Positions 37,880-47,702 of a stretch of 64,000 bases of DNA are shown here, piece after piece. The notes beneath the pieces are model-generated. The model did no database searches and had not been told where the DNA came from. It worked only from the letters and a program-made list of their open reading frames with translations. The translations under genes were made by a program, and so were the position numbers. The DNA is from an uncultured Acidobacteriota bacterium (lineage in GTDB: Bacteria; Acidobacteriota; Thermoanaerobaculia; UBA5066; Gp7-AA6), in contig CAVXTP010000022.1 in assembly GCA_963764715.1 (NCBI GenBank), positions 275,735 to 339,734 of the forward strand. Reading direction: 5' to 3'. The stretch's first letter is position 1. The number at the start of each line of letters is the position of its first letter.

Positions 37880-40021
37880 TTACGGCCGGACGGTCGGCCG
37901 GGGGACCGGCGCCGGCTCGCCGGCCGCGCGTTTGGCGGCCGCGATGGCCGCGCGGAGCTTCTCGGAGAGACGCTGGATCTGCAGGTCGGCGAATTCTCCC
38001 CGGCCGCCGACGAGGGCCTCGCGGATCGCCGGCAGCGTTTCGGCCTCGTACGTCGGCAGCGGGGCATAAACCAGGTGGCGGAACCAGGGCCGGCCGGGGA
38101 TCCCCGGCGGATCGAGGAGCGCCCGTTCGAGCGAGAGGAGCCAGGCGTTGGCGTCGCGCAGCGCCGTGAATCCCATCCGGTCGGCCCCGACCCGCGCGGC
38201 GATCGCCTTCTGCGCGGCGCCGGCGCTCTCGCTCCAGGCCCGGCCGAGGGAGGCGAGCTCCGAGAGGCCGCGGGCATGGGTGGCGGCGGCGTCGAGGTCC
38301 TTGAGCTCTTCGGCGTACCGCGCGATCTCGCGGCCGTAGGCGGCCGCGTCGAAGGGAAGAGTGTCGGCGTTGGCGAAGCGCAGCGCCAGCATGCCCGCGT
38401 ACTTCGCCATCGCCGCGTGGTAGACGAAGCCCGGATCGCCCTGGGTCGCCATCCAGCGGTGCGTGTCGTAGACGGAGTGATAGACGCCGTAGGGGCCGTC
38501 GAAGACGAGGTCGGTGGAGGCGATGCCGAGGTGATTGAAGAACACGGTGTAGTCGGAGCCGCTTCCCAGGACCGCCACGGGCAGCTTCTCGGACGCGTCG
38601 GCCGATTCCCGCCGTTCGGTCCAGGCGTCGGCGAGGGTCTTGCCCGGGGTCTCGGGGTCCGGAAAGTCCCGGGCGAGCTCGCGCAGGGCCGTGAACAGGA
38701 GCGGCGAGGCCGAGGCCGCGAAGCGCTTCCCGAGGGCCGAGGCGTCGACGTTGATGCAGACCACCGCGTTCTGCTTGAGGTCGCGCTCGTACTGCTCGCC
38801 CCACTCGGTCGAGCCGGTCAGCGTGTACTCCTCGGCGTCCCATTCCCCGATGACGATCGTCCGCCGGGGCCGGAAGCCCTCGGCCGCGAGCTTTCCGAGG
38901 GCCCGCCCGAGGGCGAGCATGGAGGCCGTTCCCGACGAAGGATCGACGCCCCCGTAGACCCAGGCGTCGAAATGGTTCGAGAGCAGGACCTTGCGTCCCG
39001 GCTCGTCGGTGCCCCGGAGAGTCGCGACGACGTTCCGGATGGTCCTCTTCTCGCGCGTGTTCTCGATCTTGAGGGCGACGCGCACCGGGCCGGGGCCGAC
39101 GTTGTAGGTCCGGGTCACGGCGAGACCCTGCCAGGTCGAGCCCGGGACCGCCGGTCCGCGAAGCCGCTCGAGGATCTCGGCCGCGTCGCGGGCCGAGAGG
39201 GGCATCATGGGGATCTTCGGCAGGATCTCCGACTCGGACGCGGGGATGCGCCGCGCCTCGGGCGTCGACGCCCAGCCGGGCGTCAGCGGATCGCCGGGCA
39301 CGATGAAGTCGTAGACGTTGGAGCCGCGCTGGACGTGGGAAAGCGGTCCCCAGGGCCCGTCGGGATAGGCGGGGCCCTGGAACCACCCGTCGTCGACTGG
39401 GTCCGAGTAGACCAGGATCGCCAGCACGCCGCGCTTCTCGGCCTCGAGCGACTTTCCTCCGCGGTAGCCCCCGAAATACCGGGCGAGCGCGATCTTTCCG
39501 CGCACGTCGATGCCCATCCTGGCGAGCCGGTCGTAGTCTTCGGCGCTTCCGCGGTTGACGTAGACGACCTCGCCGACGACCTCGGCCGACGGCGAGTACG
39601 CGTTCCACGGAGGGGCGGCCTCGGGCACGTCGGTGTCGGGGTCCTCGGGGATCGGCAGCTCGCCCCGGGCGAGGGCCACGCCGGGCTCGCCGACGATCTC
39701 GAGCCGCGCACTGCGCGGATAGGACAGGAGGACCTCGTAGGACGGCATCTCCACCGACCAGCCGGCCTTCCGGTACTCGGCAGCCAGGTACTCGGCGACG
39801 CGGGCGTTGCCGTCGGTCCCGGCGACGTGCGGCGTCCGGGTCACCTCGCGGTGGATTTCCTCGCAGTCCTGCGGCCGCGCGAGCTCGAGGAGGCGCCGTT
39901 CGTATTCGCGCTGCCAGGCGGAGCGCTTCGGCGCGAACCCGGTCAGCTTCGGCGAAGGCGCCGGCCCCGCCGACAGCGCCAGGACGGCCGCGAGGGGAAG
40001 AAACGCCCGGGCGCGCTTCAC
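37880..40021 (-). CDS. M28-family peptidase of the transferrin-receptor/PSMA (glutamate carboxypeptidase II-like) type, secreted
   Basis: GTG start with GGAGG RBS, overlapping the permease stop (GTGA); PA domain, M28 Zn ligands (HFDAW, GEWDAEEY), C-terminal TfR dimerisation domain. Confidence 0.8.
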   Translation of the reverse strand: MKRARAFLPLAAVLALSAGPAPSPKLTGFAPKRSAWQREYERRLLELARPQDCEEIHREVTRTPHVAGTDGNARVAEYLAAEYRKAGWSVEMPSYEVLLSYPRSARLEIVGEPGVALARGELPIPEDPDTDVPEAAPPWNAYSPSAEVVGEVVYVNRGSAEDYDRLARMGIDVRGKIALARYFGGYRGGKSLEAEKRGVLAILVYSDPVDDGWFQGPAYPDGPWGPLSHVQRGSNVYDFIVPGDPLTPGWASTPEARRIPASESEILPKIPMMPLSARDAAEILERLRGPAVPGSTWQGLAVTRTYNVGPGPVRVALKIENTREKRTIRNVVATLRGTDEPGRKVLLSNHFDAWVYGGVDPSSGTASMLALGRALGKLAAEGFRPRRTIVIGEWDAEEYTLTGSTEWGEQYERDLKQNAVVCINVDASALGKRFAASASPLLFTALRELARDFPDPETPGKTLADAWTERRESADASEKLPVAVLGSGSDYTVFFNHLGIASTDLVFDGPYGVYHSVYDTHRWMATQGDPGFVYHAAMAKYAGMLALRFANADTLPFDAAAYGREIARYAEELKDLDAAATHARGLSELASLGRAWSESAGAAQKAIAARVGADRMGFTALRDANAWLLSLERALLDPPGIPGRPWFRHLVYAPLPTYEAETLPAIREALVGGRGEFADLQIQRLSEKLRAAIAAAKRAAGEPAPVPRPTVRP

Positions 40022-41391
40022 GCCGTCCTCCGCGGGCCGCGGCGCATCCGGTAGTAGACGGGCAGGCCGATGAGCAGGATCCCGATGCCCGCGAGTGTCT
40101 CCCGCGGCTGCGTGCGCACGGTATTGACCGCGAGCGCCACCGTGCTCGCGACGAAGACGAGCGGAACGACGGGATAGCCCCAGCAGCGGTAGGGACGGGA
40201 AAGGTCCGGTCGCTTGCGCCGAAGCACGAAGAGGGCGATTCCCGTGGCTGCGTAGGCGAGGATCACGAAGAAGGTGGCGTAGGTGTAGAGCTGGTCGTAG
40301 CGCCCCGAAAGACAGAGCAGGGACATCCACACGGCCTGGACGACGATCCCGAAGGACGGCGTCTTGAAGCGGGGATGAATTCGGGCGAACGGCTTCGGAA
40401 AGAGCCCATCCTCGGCGAGAGCGTAAACGACGCGTGGCGCCGGAACCAGGCCGGCCGACGTGCATCCGGCCGCGGCGGCCGTCACGGCCAGGGCGATGAC
40501 GAAGGCGGCGCCGCCCCCGAAGAGGCGGGTCGCGGCGAGGGCGGCGGGCTCCCCGACGTTCGCCATCTCGGCCGGCGGGATCGCCTTGAGGAAGACGGCG
40601 TTGGCAGCGACGTAGAGAAGTGTCAGGAGGCCCGTCCCGAGGATGAGGGCGAGCGGGAGGTTCCGGCGCGGGTTGGCGACTTCGCCCGCGACCGCCACGA
40701 TCTCGTTCCAGCCGTAGTAGGTCCAGAAGATCGCGACGAGGGCGGTGCCGATGCCCGCGAAGGTCAGCGCCGCAACCGGCCCCGGGGCCCCCGCGGCCGC
40801 CTCCGGCCGGGGCGCGAACGCGCCGCCGACCGCGATCCACAGCAGGGCGAGGAGGATCATCGAGGTGAAGACGCCCTGGATGCGGGCCCCCTCCTTGACC
40901 CCGACGTAATGCGTCGCCGAGAGCACCAGGGTCAGCGCGATCGCGACGAGCTGCGCCGCGTTGATCGGGACCGGCCCCACCGTGAAGAGCACGTTCGCGC
41001 TCGAAAGCGACGGGAAGAAGACCGAGAGGTACTGGGCGAAGCCGATGGCCACGGCCGCGTCGGACCCGATGATGATCACCCAGAAGGCGACCCAGGCGTA
41101 GAGGAACGCCGGGAGCTCGCCGAAGGCCTCCCGGAAGAACACGTACATTCCGCCGGCCTGCGGCATCATGGCGCCCATCTCCGCATAGACGAGCCCTCCG
41201 GCGATCGCGAGCAGCCCGCCCACGATCCAGAGGCCGAGGATCCAGTGCCCGTCGGGAACGGCCTTCGCGATCCCCGCGGGCGTCAGGAAGATGCCCCCAC
41301 CGACCGCGAGCCCGATGACGAGGAGGCTCGTGTCCCAGAGTCCGAGGCCCCGGGCGAGCTTGCCCCGGCTCTCGCCGGTCGACTCGCTCAC
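40018..41391 (-). CDS. APC-superfamily amino-acid permease
   Basis: 457 aa from GTG 41391 ([21 protein letters not shown]...); 12 TM; overlaps kce stop. Confidence 0.8.
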   Translation of the reverse strand: MSESTGESRGKLARGLGLWDTSLLVIGLAVGGGIFLTPAGIAKAVPDGHWILGLWIVGGLLAIAGGLVYAEMGAMMPQAGGMYVFFREAFGELPAFLYAWVAFWVIIIGSDAAVAIGFAQYLSVFFPSLSSANVLFTVGPVPINAAQLVAIALTLVLSATHYVGVKEGARIQGVFTSMILLALLWIAVGGAFAPRPEAAAGAPGPVAALTFAGIGTALVAIFWTYYGWNEIVAVAGEVANPRRNLPLALILGTGLLTLLYVAANAVFLKAIPPAEMANVGEPAALAATRLFGGGAAFVIALAVTAAAAGCTSAGLVPAPRVVYALAEDGLFPKPFARIHPRFKTPSFGIVVQAVWMSLLCLSGRYDQLYTYATFFVILAYAATGIALFVLRRKRPDLSRPYRCWGYPVVPLVFVASTVALAVNTVRTQPRETLAGIGILLIGLPVYYRMRRGPRRTA

Positions 41392-42212
41392 GCGGCGGCG
41401 GGGATGCGCAGGATCTGCCGCGCCTCCTCGACCGAGGCCGGCTCGCGGCCCACCTCCCGGGCGATCCGGACGATCCGCTCGACGAACCGGGCGTTGGAGT
41501 CGGCGAGCTCGCCCTTGCGGTAGTAGATGTTGTCCTCGAACCCGACGCGCACGTGGCCTCCCATCGCGATCGCCATCGTGGCCATCGCGGTCTGCCGCCG
41601 CCCGATTCCGGCGACGGTCCAGGTGCATCCCGCCGGAATCGAGCGGGCGAAGTGCGCCAGGTTCTCGGCGGTGGCCGCGGCGGCCCCCGGAACGCCGAGG
41701 ACGAAGTCGAAGTGGGCGGGCGGCTGGAGCTGCCCCTTCGAAAAGAGCATGTCGGCCGTGGCGAGCATGCCGACGTCGAAGATCTCGAGCTCGGGCGTGA
41801 TGCCGAACTTGCGGATGCGGGCGAGGATCGTGCGGATCGTCGGGAGCGAGTTCTCGAAGATCTCGTCGCCGAAGTTGCAGGTCCCGAGCGTCAGGGTCGC
41901 CATCTCGGGCTTGAGCTCGAGCGCCGCGATGCGCTCCTCGACGCCCATCCCGACGGCCCCGCCGGTCGAGAACTGCTGGAGGATGGGGCAGCGGGCGCGG
42001 ATCGCGGACGAGTAGGCGCGGAACGTCTCGAGGTCCTGCGTCGGCGTGCCGTCCGGGCGCCGGCCGTGGACGTGGCCGATCGTCGCCCCCGCGGCGTGGG
42101 CCCGGGCGTACTCCTCGCCGACCTCGTCGGGCAGGAGGGGAAGATGCGGCTGCTGCTCCCGCATCACTTCGGCGCCGACCCCGGCGACCGTGATCAGGAG
42201 GGCGTCGCTCAC
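41388..42212 (-). CDS. kce: 3-keto-5-aminohexanoate cleavage enzyme (BKACE/DUF849 family)
   Basis: 274 aa TIM-barrel BKACE family; adjacent to kamDE. Confidence 0.75.
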   Translation of the reverse strand: MSDALLITVAGVGAEVMREQQPHLPLLPDEVGEEYARAHAAGATIGHVHGRRPDGTPTQDLETFRAYSSAIRARCPILQQFSTGGAVGMGVEERIAALELKPEMATLTLGTCNFGDEIFENSLPTIRTILARIRKFGITPELEIFDVGMLATADMLFSKGQLQPPAHFDFVLGVPGAAAATAENLAHFARSIPAGCTWTVAGIGRRQTAMATMAIAMGGHVRVGFEDNIYYRKGELADSNARFVERIVRIAREVGREPASVEEARQILRIPAAA

Positions 42213-42592
42213 CGCGGGGCCCGCTGCTTGTCGAGTGGAACGACGCAGGTTCCGGTGGCGCGGGCGACGACCAGGGGCGGGTCGAGGACCTGCGCGGCCG
42301 ATCCCCCGGAGGGCGCGATGACCTTGCGCGCCTCGAACCGAATCTGGCGGGACGTCCGGCCCGCGCCCGTCAGCTCGGCCTCGATTTCGAGGTAGTCGCC
42401 GCCGTGGACGGGAGCCAGGAACTCGACCGACGCATAGGCCCGAAAGAGGCCTTCGTCGCCGTCGCGCCGCACGAGGAGCTCCGTCGCGGCGTCGCCGAAG
42501 AGCTTGAGGACGAAGGCGCCGTCGACGAGGCCGCCGCCGTAGTGCGCCTGCTCGGCCCCGACCCGGAGGCGGAGCAGCACCCGGTCGCTCAC
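42209..42592 (-). CDS. kal: hot-dog fold protein, candidate 3-aminobutyryl-CoA ammonia-lyase
   Basis: 127 aa from a GTG overlapping kamE stop; size, fold and position between kamE and kce match Kal of lysine fermentation operons. Confidence 0.5.
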   Translation of the reverse strand: MSDRVLLRLRVGAEQAHYGGGLVDGAFVLKLFGDAATELLVRRDGDEGLFRAYASVEFLAPVHGGDYLEIEAELTGAGRTSRQIRFEARKVIAPSGGSAAQVLDPPLVVARATGTCVVPLDKQRAPR

Positions 42593-43347
42593 GCTCCCGC
42601 CTCCGCGGGCCTCTGGCGGCGGGTGATCTCTTCGAGGAGGAAGCCGGCGACGCGGGAGGCCGTCGTGCCCGGGCCGAAGCCGGCGTCGTAGCCGAGCTCC
42701 TTGGCGAGCGCGTGGTCGATCCTCGCCCCGCCGGCGACGAGCACGACCCGGTCGCGCAGCCGTTCGGCCTCGAGCATGTCGACGAGGTCGGTCATGTGGC
42801 GGACGTGGATGTCGTTCTGCGTCACGGTCGCGGAGACGAGGACGGCGTCCGCCTTCGTCTCCCGGATCTTCCGGGCGAGCTCGGCGACCGGGACCTGCGC
42901 CCCGAGGTTGCGAGCGTCGAAGCCGTGGTAACGCTCGAGGCCGTAATCGCCGGCGAAGCCCTTCATGTTGAAGATGGCGTCGAGGCCCACGGTGTGGGCG
43001 TCGGACTCGAGGGCGCACCCGAGCACGACGAGCCGGCGGCCGAAACGGCGGGCGATCTCGGCGTCGATCTCGTCGCGGGTCAGCGCGGCGGCGGGAGCCT
43101 CCTCGGCGGTGATCGACGCCACGTCGATGTCCTGCGTCGCGCGCCCGTAGACCACGAAATAGGTGAAGTCGGGCGCGATCGCCTCGGCGAGCGTGACGTA
43201 GGGCTCCCGCAGGCCCATCCGGGCGACGTAGCGCTTGGCGGCCTCGGTCGCGACCGCCGAGCGGGGGATCGGGAGCGTGAAGGAGACCTGCACGGCGCCG
43301 TCGCCCTTCTTGTCGCCGTACGGCCGGACGAGCCGCGGCGGGCTCAC
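42589..43347 (-). CDS. kamE: lysine 5,6-aminomutase beta subunit (B12-binding)
   Basis: N-terminal [21 protein letters not shown]; B12-binding DxHxxG ([10 protein letters not shown]); GTG start overlapping kamD stop. Confidence 0.8.
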   Translation of the reverse strand: MSPPRLVRPYGDKKGDGAVQVSFTLPIPRSAVATEAAKRYVARMGLREPYVTLAEAIAPDFTYFVVYGRATQDIDVASITAEEAPAAALTRDEIDAEIARRFGRRLVVLGCALESDAHTVGLDAIFNMKGFAGDYGLERYHGFDARNLGAQVPVAELARKIRETKADAVLVSATVTQNDIHVRHMTDLVDMLEAERLRDRVVLVAGGARIDHALAKELGYDAGFGPGTTASRVAGFLLEEITRRQRPAEAGA

Positions 43348-44903
43348 GCGCGGGCTCCGGCCGGCGCCGGCGTCCAGGCCTCCATGAAGGGATTGGCGTA
43401 GCCGGCGTCCTTGCGCAGCACGCCGTCGTAGCCCCGGCCGCCGTCGCGGCGCCGGCGCGTGTCGGCGAAGACGCCTTCGGCCAGCGCCCCGAAGAGGCCG
43501 CGGCGGGCGACGTCCTGGAGGATCGCCTGCGCCCCGGCGAGGACGGCGCGGGCCCGGGCCACGATCCGGCCGTCGGGATCGAAGCGCAGCTCGTCGCGCA
43601 GGTGCCGGGCGTTCGACCGGATCGTCTTCATCTGGTCGATCGCGAGCCACCGGTCGTGGAGGAAGGGCGTGTGGAGGGCCTCGGTCAGCATCCCGAGCAG
43701 GTGGATCGACTGTCCCGTGGCGACCGACGTCAGCGCGAAGAGCGTGTTCTGCTGGTAACCCCGGAAAATGTTGCCGGTCATGTGCTTGGTCGGCGGCATG
43801 TACTTCAGGGGCGCGTCCGGGAAGATCTCGCGGGCGGCCTCGGCCTGGGCGATCTCGTAGAGCAGCCCGTCCTCGAGCGCCGGGTCGATCTCGAAGGCGT
43901 GGCCGAGGCCGATCTGCCAGTCTTCGAGTCCCGCGTCCTTCGCGAGACGCTCGTTGATGAACTGCGACGCGAGGACGGCCGGGGCCTGCTCGACCGCGTC
44001 GGCCGTCGTGAGGTAGTTGTCCTCGCCCGTGTTGATCACGACGCCGGCGACCGCGTTGATGCGGCGCGAGAAGCTCTGGTCGATCAGGGTCCGCAGCGGG
44101 TTGATGTCGCGGAAGATGATGCCGTACAGCGCGTCGTTCAGCATCATGTCGAGGCGCTCGAGGGCGCCCATCGCCGCGATCTCCGGCATGCAGAGGCCCG
44201 AGCAGTAGTTGACGAGGCGGACGTACCGGCCGAGCTCGGGCTCGAGTGCGTCGAGGGCGGCGCGCATGAGGCGGAAGTTCTCCTGCGTGGCGTAGGTCCC
44301 GCCGAAGCCCGAAGTCGTCGCGCCGTAGGGCACGTGGTCGAGGAGCGACTGCGCCGTCGAGCGGATGACGGCGATGCACTGCGCGCCGGCCCGCGCCGCG
44401 GCCTCGGCCTGGACCACGTCCTCGTGGATGTTGCCGGTCGCGACGATCGCGTAGAGGAGAGGGAGCTCCTCCGGCGGATGGCTCGCCTGCCGGCGCTCCC
44501 GCTCGGCGCGGTTGGCGCGCACGCGGGCGAGCGTCGACTCGACGTGGCGGGCGACGGCGTCCCGCCAACGGGGGTGCTCCGCCTGGGCCTCGGCCCGGCG
44601 GGGGTCCGAGAGCCGGGCCGCGGCTTCCGCGACCGTCGAAGCGTCCGAGGCGAGTGCGCTTCCCATCCACACGGCGGCGCCGCGTCCGAGCTTGCCGCAC
44701 TCCTGGAGGGCCTCGACGACGCGGTTGGGAACCGGGACCTCCTCGGCGTCGACGCCGTCGACTCCGAGCAGGCGCAGGACCGTCCGTTCGGTCGCGACGG
44801 TGGTGAAGGGCTCGGTCTCGAGGCGGACGCCGTCGGCGACCTGCCGGCCGAGACGCCGGCAGTCCTCGATCGTTTCTCGAGAGAGGCCCAGTTTCGAGGC
44901 CAT
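43344..44903 (-). CDS. kamD: lysine 5,6-aminomutase alpha subunit (PLP/TIM-barrel)
   Basis: 519 aa, collinear with the KamD family. Confidence 0.8.
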   Translation of the reverse strand: MASKLGLSRETIEDCRRLGRQVADGVRLETEPFTTVATERTVLRLLGVDGVDAEEVPVPNRVVEALQECGKLGRGAAVWMGSALASDASTVAEAAARLSDPRRAEAQAEHPRWRDAVARHVESTLARVRANRAERERRQASHPPEELPLLYAIVATGNIHEDVVQAEAAARAGAQCIAVIRSTAQSLLDHVPYGATTSGFGGTYATQENFRLMRAALDALEPELGRYVRLVNYCSGLCMPEIAAMGALERLDMMLNDALYGIIFRDINPLRTLIDQSFSRRINAVAGVVINTGEDNYLTTADAVEQAPAVLASQFINERLAKDAGLEDWQIGLGHAFEIDPALEDGLLYEIAQAEAAREIFPDAPLKYMPPTKHMTGNIFRGYQQNTLFALTSVATGQSIHLLGMLTEALHTPFLHDRWLAIDQMKTIRSNARHLRDELRFDPDGRIVARARAVLAGAQAILQDVARRGLFGALAEGVFADTRRRRDGGRGYDGVLRKDAGYANPFMEAWTPAPAGARA

Positions 44904-44931
44904 CGGCGGCGAAAGTATAGCCGCCCCGATT

Positions 44932-45837
44932 CTATGACCGGAGGTCAGCGACGAGATCGAAGATCGGCGGCCCGGGGATCTCGCGGGCGACGGCCTCGAG
45001 GAACTTCGCGGCCGGCAAGGGCGGACGCGCCGGCGCCGTGGGGTTGACGGTCACGGCCAGGAGACGCGCGGGACGCCGCACCGCGAGCGCGACGCCGGTC
45101 TCCGCGAGCCGGCGGCGAAACCCGGGGGAGAGGAAGTACGCCGTGAAGTCCTCGCCGACGAGGGTGTCGCCGGGCGCCGGGGGGTCTTCGCCGAGCGCGA
45201 GCTCGGTGATCGCGCCCGGCCGCTCCCGGACCCGGGCGCCGGGCGCCGGAGGCCCGAGGCCGATGAGCTCGGCGGCCGACCGCGCCGCCGCGAGGACCGA
45301 CGGGAGCGAGTCGCCGGCCGACATGCCGACCGAAAGAACGATGCCGTCGCAGACCCGCCCGGCCGCGAAGGCCCGGCGGCCGACGGCGCCGTCGAGAAGA
45401 ACGACGGCCGCGCCCGCGGCCTCGAGCTCCGCCGCGGTGCGCGCGAGCTCCGAGGCGGTGGACGGACCGATGACCTCGAGCTCGCCTTCGCCCTCGGCCC
45501 GGCGAAGCTCCACCGGACCGAACCGCGTCGCGAAGGGGAGGGTCGCGATCGGCGCCAGGGGAAACGCGGCCGCCTCGAACGTCGTTCGGGCCGAGGCGAC
45601 GAGCTGCCCGGGAAAGACGCGGAACCGGGGCTTGGGCTCTCCCGTGATCGCGTCGAACTCCTCGCCGTCCCGTCCCGCCGAGGTCGTGGCCGCGGGAACG
45701 CCCGCGCGATGAAGCTCGGCGAGAACGGCCGTGAGGGCGGTCGTCTTGCCGGCGTTCTTGGCGAGACCGAGAAAGGCGATGCGCCGCGCGCCGGACTCGC
45801 GCAGGAGCGAGGCCAGGGCCTGCGCGGCGACGCTCAC
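44932..45837 (-). CDS. P-loop NTPase of unknown function embedded between kdd and kamD
   Basis: 301 aa from a GTG; Walker A GLAKNAGKTT; hydrophobic DGAVG and SVG blocks. Confidence 0.5.
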   Translation of the reverse strand: MSVAAQALASLLRESGARRIAFLGLAKNAGKTTALTAVLAELHRAGVPAATTSAGRDGEEFDAITGEPKPRFRVFPGQLVASARTTFEAAAFPLAPIATLPFATRFGPVELRRAEGEGELEVIGPSTASELARTAAELEAAGAAVVLLDGAVGRRAFAAGRVCDGIVLSVGMSAGDSLPSVLAAARSAAELIGLGPPAPGARVRERPGAITELALGEDPPAPGDTLVGEDFTAYFLSPGFRRRLAETGVALAVRRPARLLAVTVNPTAPARPPLPAAKFLEAVAREIPGPPIFDLVADLRS

Positions 45838-45841
45838 GCGC

Positions 45842-46888
45842 TCACGCGCCCGGCCGGCCCGCGAGGTCCGCGAAGGCCCGGGCGAGCGCGGGATGGCGGC
45901 GAAGGAGGTCGAGAGCGAGGCCGTCGTGGCCGGGAACGAAGCCGTTCCCGATCGCGAGCCGCGTGGGCTTCGCGAGGCCCTCGGCGCCGAGGGCGGCGGC
46001 CGAGAACGACGTCGCCATGCCGAAGAACACGACGGTGCCGTCGTCCCGGGCGCAGAGGACGCTCGCGGCCTCGGTCCCCGAGGCGTTGGCGACGTTGACG
46101 ACGAGGTCCGCCAGCCCGCCGGAGGTCGCAGTCTCGATCGCCGAGAGCATGGCCACCGGATCGCGGGCGTCGACCGAGAAGACCTCGTCGGCGAAGCCGA
46201 GGCCCCGGGCGCGGTCGGCGGCCGCCCGGCCCGGCTCGACCGCGAGGACACGCCCGTTTCCGCCGACGGCCTCGCGCGCCGCCGCCAGGCACAGGAGACC
46301 CGCCTTGCCCGTCCCGATGACGAGGATGGTCTGCCCGGCCTTCGCGTCGCGCCGGACCGCGGCGGGCGCGCCGGCGACGTCGAAGGCGGCGAGCGCGACC
46401 TCCTCCGGGAAATCGTCGGGAAGGCGGGCGAAGAGCGTGCGCGCGAAGAGGATCGCCGTGCCGCGGGCCTCCACGCGCTCGGTCTCGACGTGCACCGCGC
46501 CGATCGAGTCCAGGGACAGGGGCGTCAGGGTCAGGGAGACGAGGGTCGCGATCGGCGTGCCGGGGAGGAGGTTGCCGGCGGCGGGGTGGCGGGGACCGAC
46601 CGTCGCGACCTCGCCGAGAAGCATGCCGCCCGAGCCCGTGACCGGGTTCTGCATCTTGCCGCGCTCGCGCACGATGCGGACGATCTGGTCGCGCACGGTC
46701 TCGCCCGTCGAGGCCTCCGCCTCGCGGAGCTGCCGGAACGAGGCGGAGTCGATCGAGAGCGCGCGCACCGAAACGGCGATCTCGTTCTCGAGCGCGCGCG
46801 GCGTCGCGTCGAGGCGCCGCGCCAGCTGCGGAAGGACGCCCGGGGGATCGAGCGAGCGGTGGAGCCCGAAGGGATGGGGCGCCGTCAT
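45842..46888 (-). CDS. kdd: candidate L-erythro-3,5-diaminohexanoate dehydrogenase (MDR-like, Rossmann VIGTGKAGLL)
   Basis: 348 aa; GroES-like N-terminal domain plus NAD(P) Rossmann; context immediately upstream of kamDE. Confidence 0.6.
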   Translation of the reverse strand: MTAPHPFGLHRSLDPPGVLPQLARRLDATPRALENEIAVSVRALSIDSASFRQLREAEASTGETVRDQIVRIVRERGKMQNPVTGSGGMLLGEVATVGPRHPAAGNLLPGTPIATLVSLTLTPLSLDSIGAVHVETERVEARGTAILFARTLFARLPDDFPEEVALAAFDVAGAPAAVRRDAKAGQTILVIGTGKAGLLCLAAAREAVGGNGRVLAVEPGRAAADRARGLGFADEVFSVDARDPVAMLSAIETATSGGLADLVVNVANASGTEAASVLCARDDGTVVFFGMATSFSAAALGAEGLAKPTRLAIGNGFVPGHDGLALDLLRRHPALARAFADLAGRPGA

Positions 46889-46898
46889 CGGGCCCGCG

Positions 46899-47702
46899 TC
46901 ACGGCACGAGGCCGACGATCCGCAGGGGCCCGCCCGAGCCCCCGGCGATCTTCATCGGAAGGGCGATGACCCAGGCGCCCCATTCCGGAAGGTCCTCGAG
47001 GTGGGCGACGTTCTCGAGGCCGAAGACGTCGGCCCCGTTCGCGATGACGTGGACGACGAAGTCCCTGGACGCGCCGTAGTCGATCGAGGCCGTGTCGACC
47101 CCGAGCGCTCCGACCTTGCGCTCCGACACGAGATAGCGGGCCGCCTCCTCGCCGTAGGACGGGAAGTGGAGCTTCGAGGCGTCGCCCGGCGTGTCGTCGC
47201 CGAGGTAGGCCTTGCGGTCGGGCCAGCGGGCGCTCCACCCGGTCCGCAGGAGGACGATGGCGCCGGCGGGCACCGGGCCGTGGGCCTTCTCCCAGGCCTT
47301 CACGTCCTCGAGTCGAAGGCGGTAGTCCGGATTCTTCGCGGCCGCGTCGCGGACGTCGATCACGGCGGCCGGCGCGATGAGGCGCCGGACGGGGATCTTG
47401 TCGGCCGTCTGGCCGGCCTCGGCGAAGTGGCTCGGCGCGTCGAGGTGCGTCCCGCCGTGCTCGGGCGTGCAGAAGGTGTTCGACCGGTAGAACCAGCCGC
47501 CCGGCGTTTTCCCGTCCGCGAGCGACTTGAGCTCGAAGGCCGAGGGCGAGGTCGGCCAGTAGAGCGTCTTGTCGTCGAAGGGATGCGTCAGGTCGACGAC
47601 CTTCGCCGTCGCGAGGTCGGGCGGCTTCGGCGAGCCGGCGGCCGACGCGGAGGCGGCGGCGGCGAGAATCGCGGCGATCGCGAGGGCGCGGCGCATGATC
47701 AC
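46899..47702 (-). CDS. cyclase-family protein (kynurenine formamidase-like), secreted
   Basis: Signal peptide; HGGTHLDAPSHF metal-binding motif. Confidence 0.7.
   Translation of the reverse strand: MIMRRALAIAAILAAAASASAAGSPKPPDLATAKVVDLTHPFDDKTLYWPTSPSAFELKSLADGKTPGGWFYRSNTFCTPEHGGTHLDAPSHFAEAGQTADKIPVRRLIAPAAVIDVRDAAAKNPDYRLRLEDVKAWEKAHGPVPAGAIVLLRTGWSARWPDRKAYLGDDTPGDASKLHFPSYGEEAARYLVSERKVGALGVDTASIDYGASRDFVVHVIANGADVFGLENVAHLEDLPEWGAWVIALPMKIAGGSGGPLRIVGLVP

Noticed and set aside
37356-39608. 750-aa minus-strand ORF and 37706..40054 plus-strand ORF
   Set aside because: Alternative frames of the M28 (TfR/PSMA-like) peptidase gene; only the 37880..40021 frame shows PA and M28 motifs.
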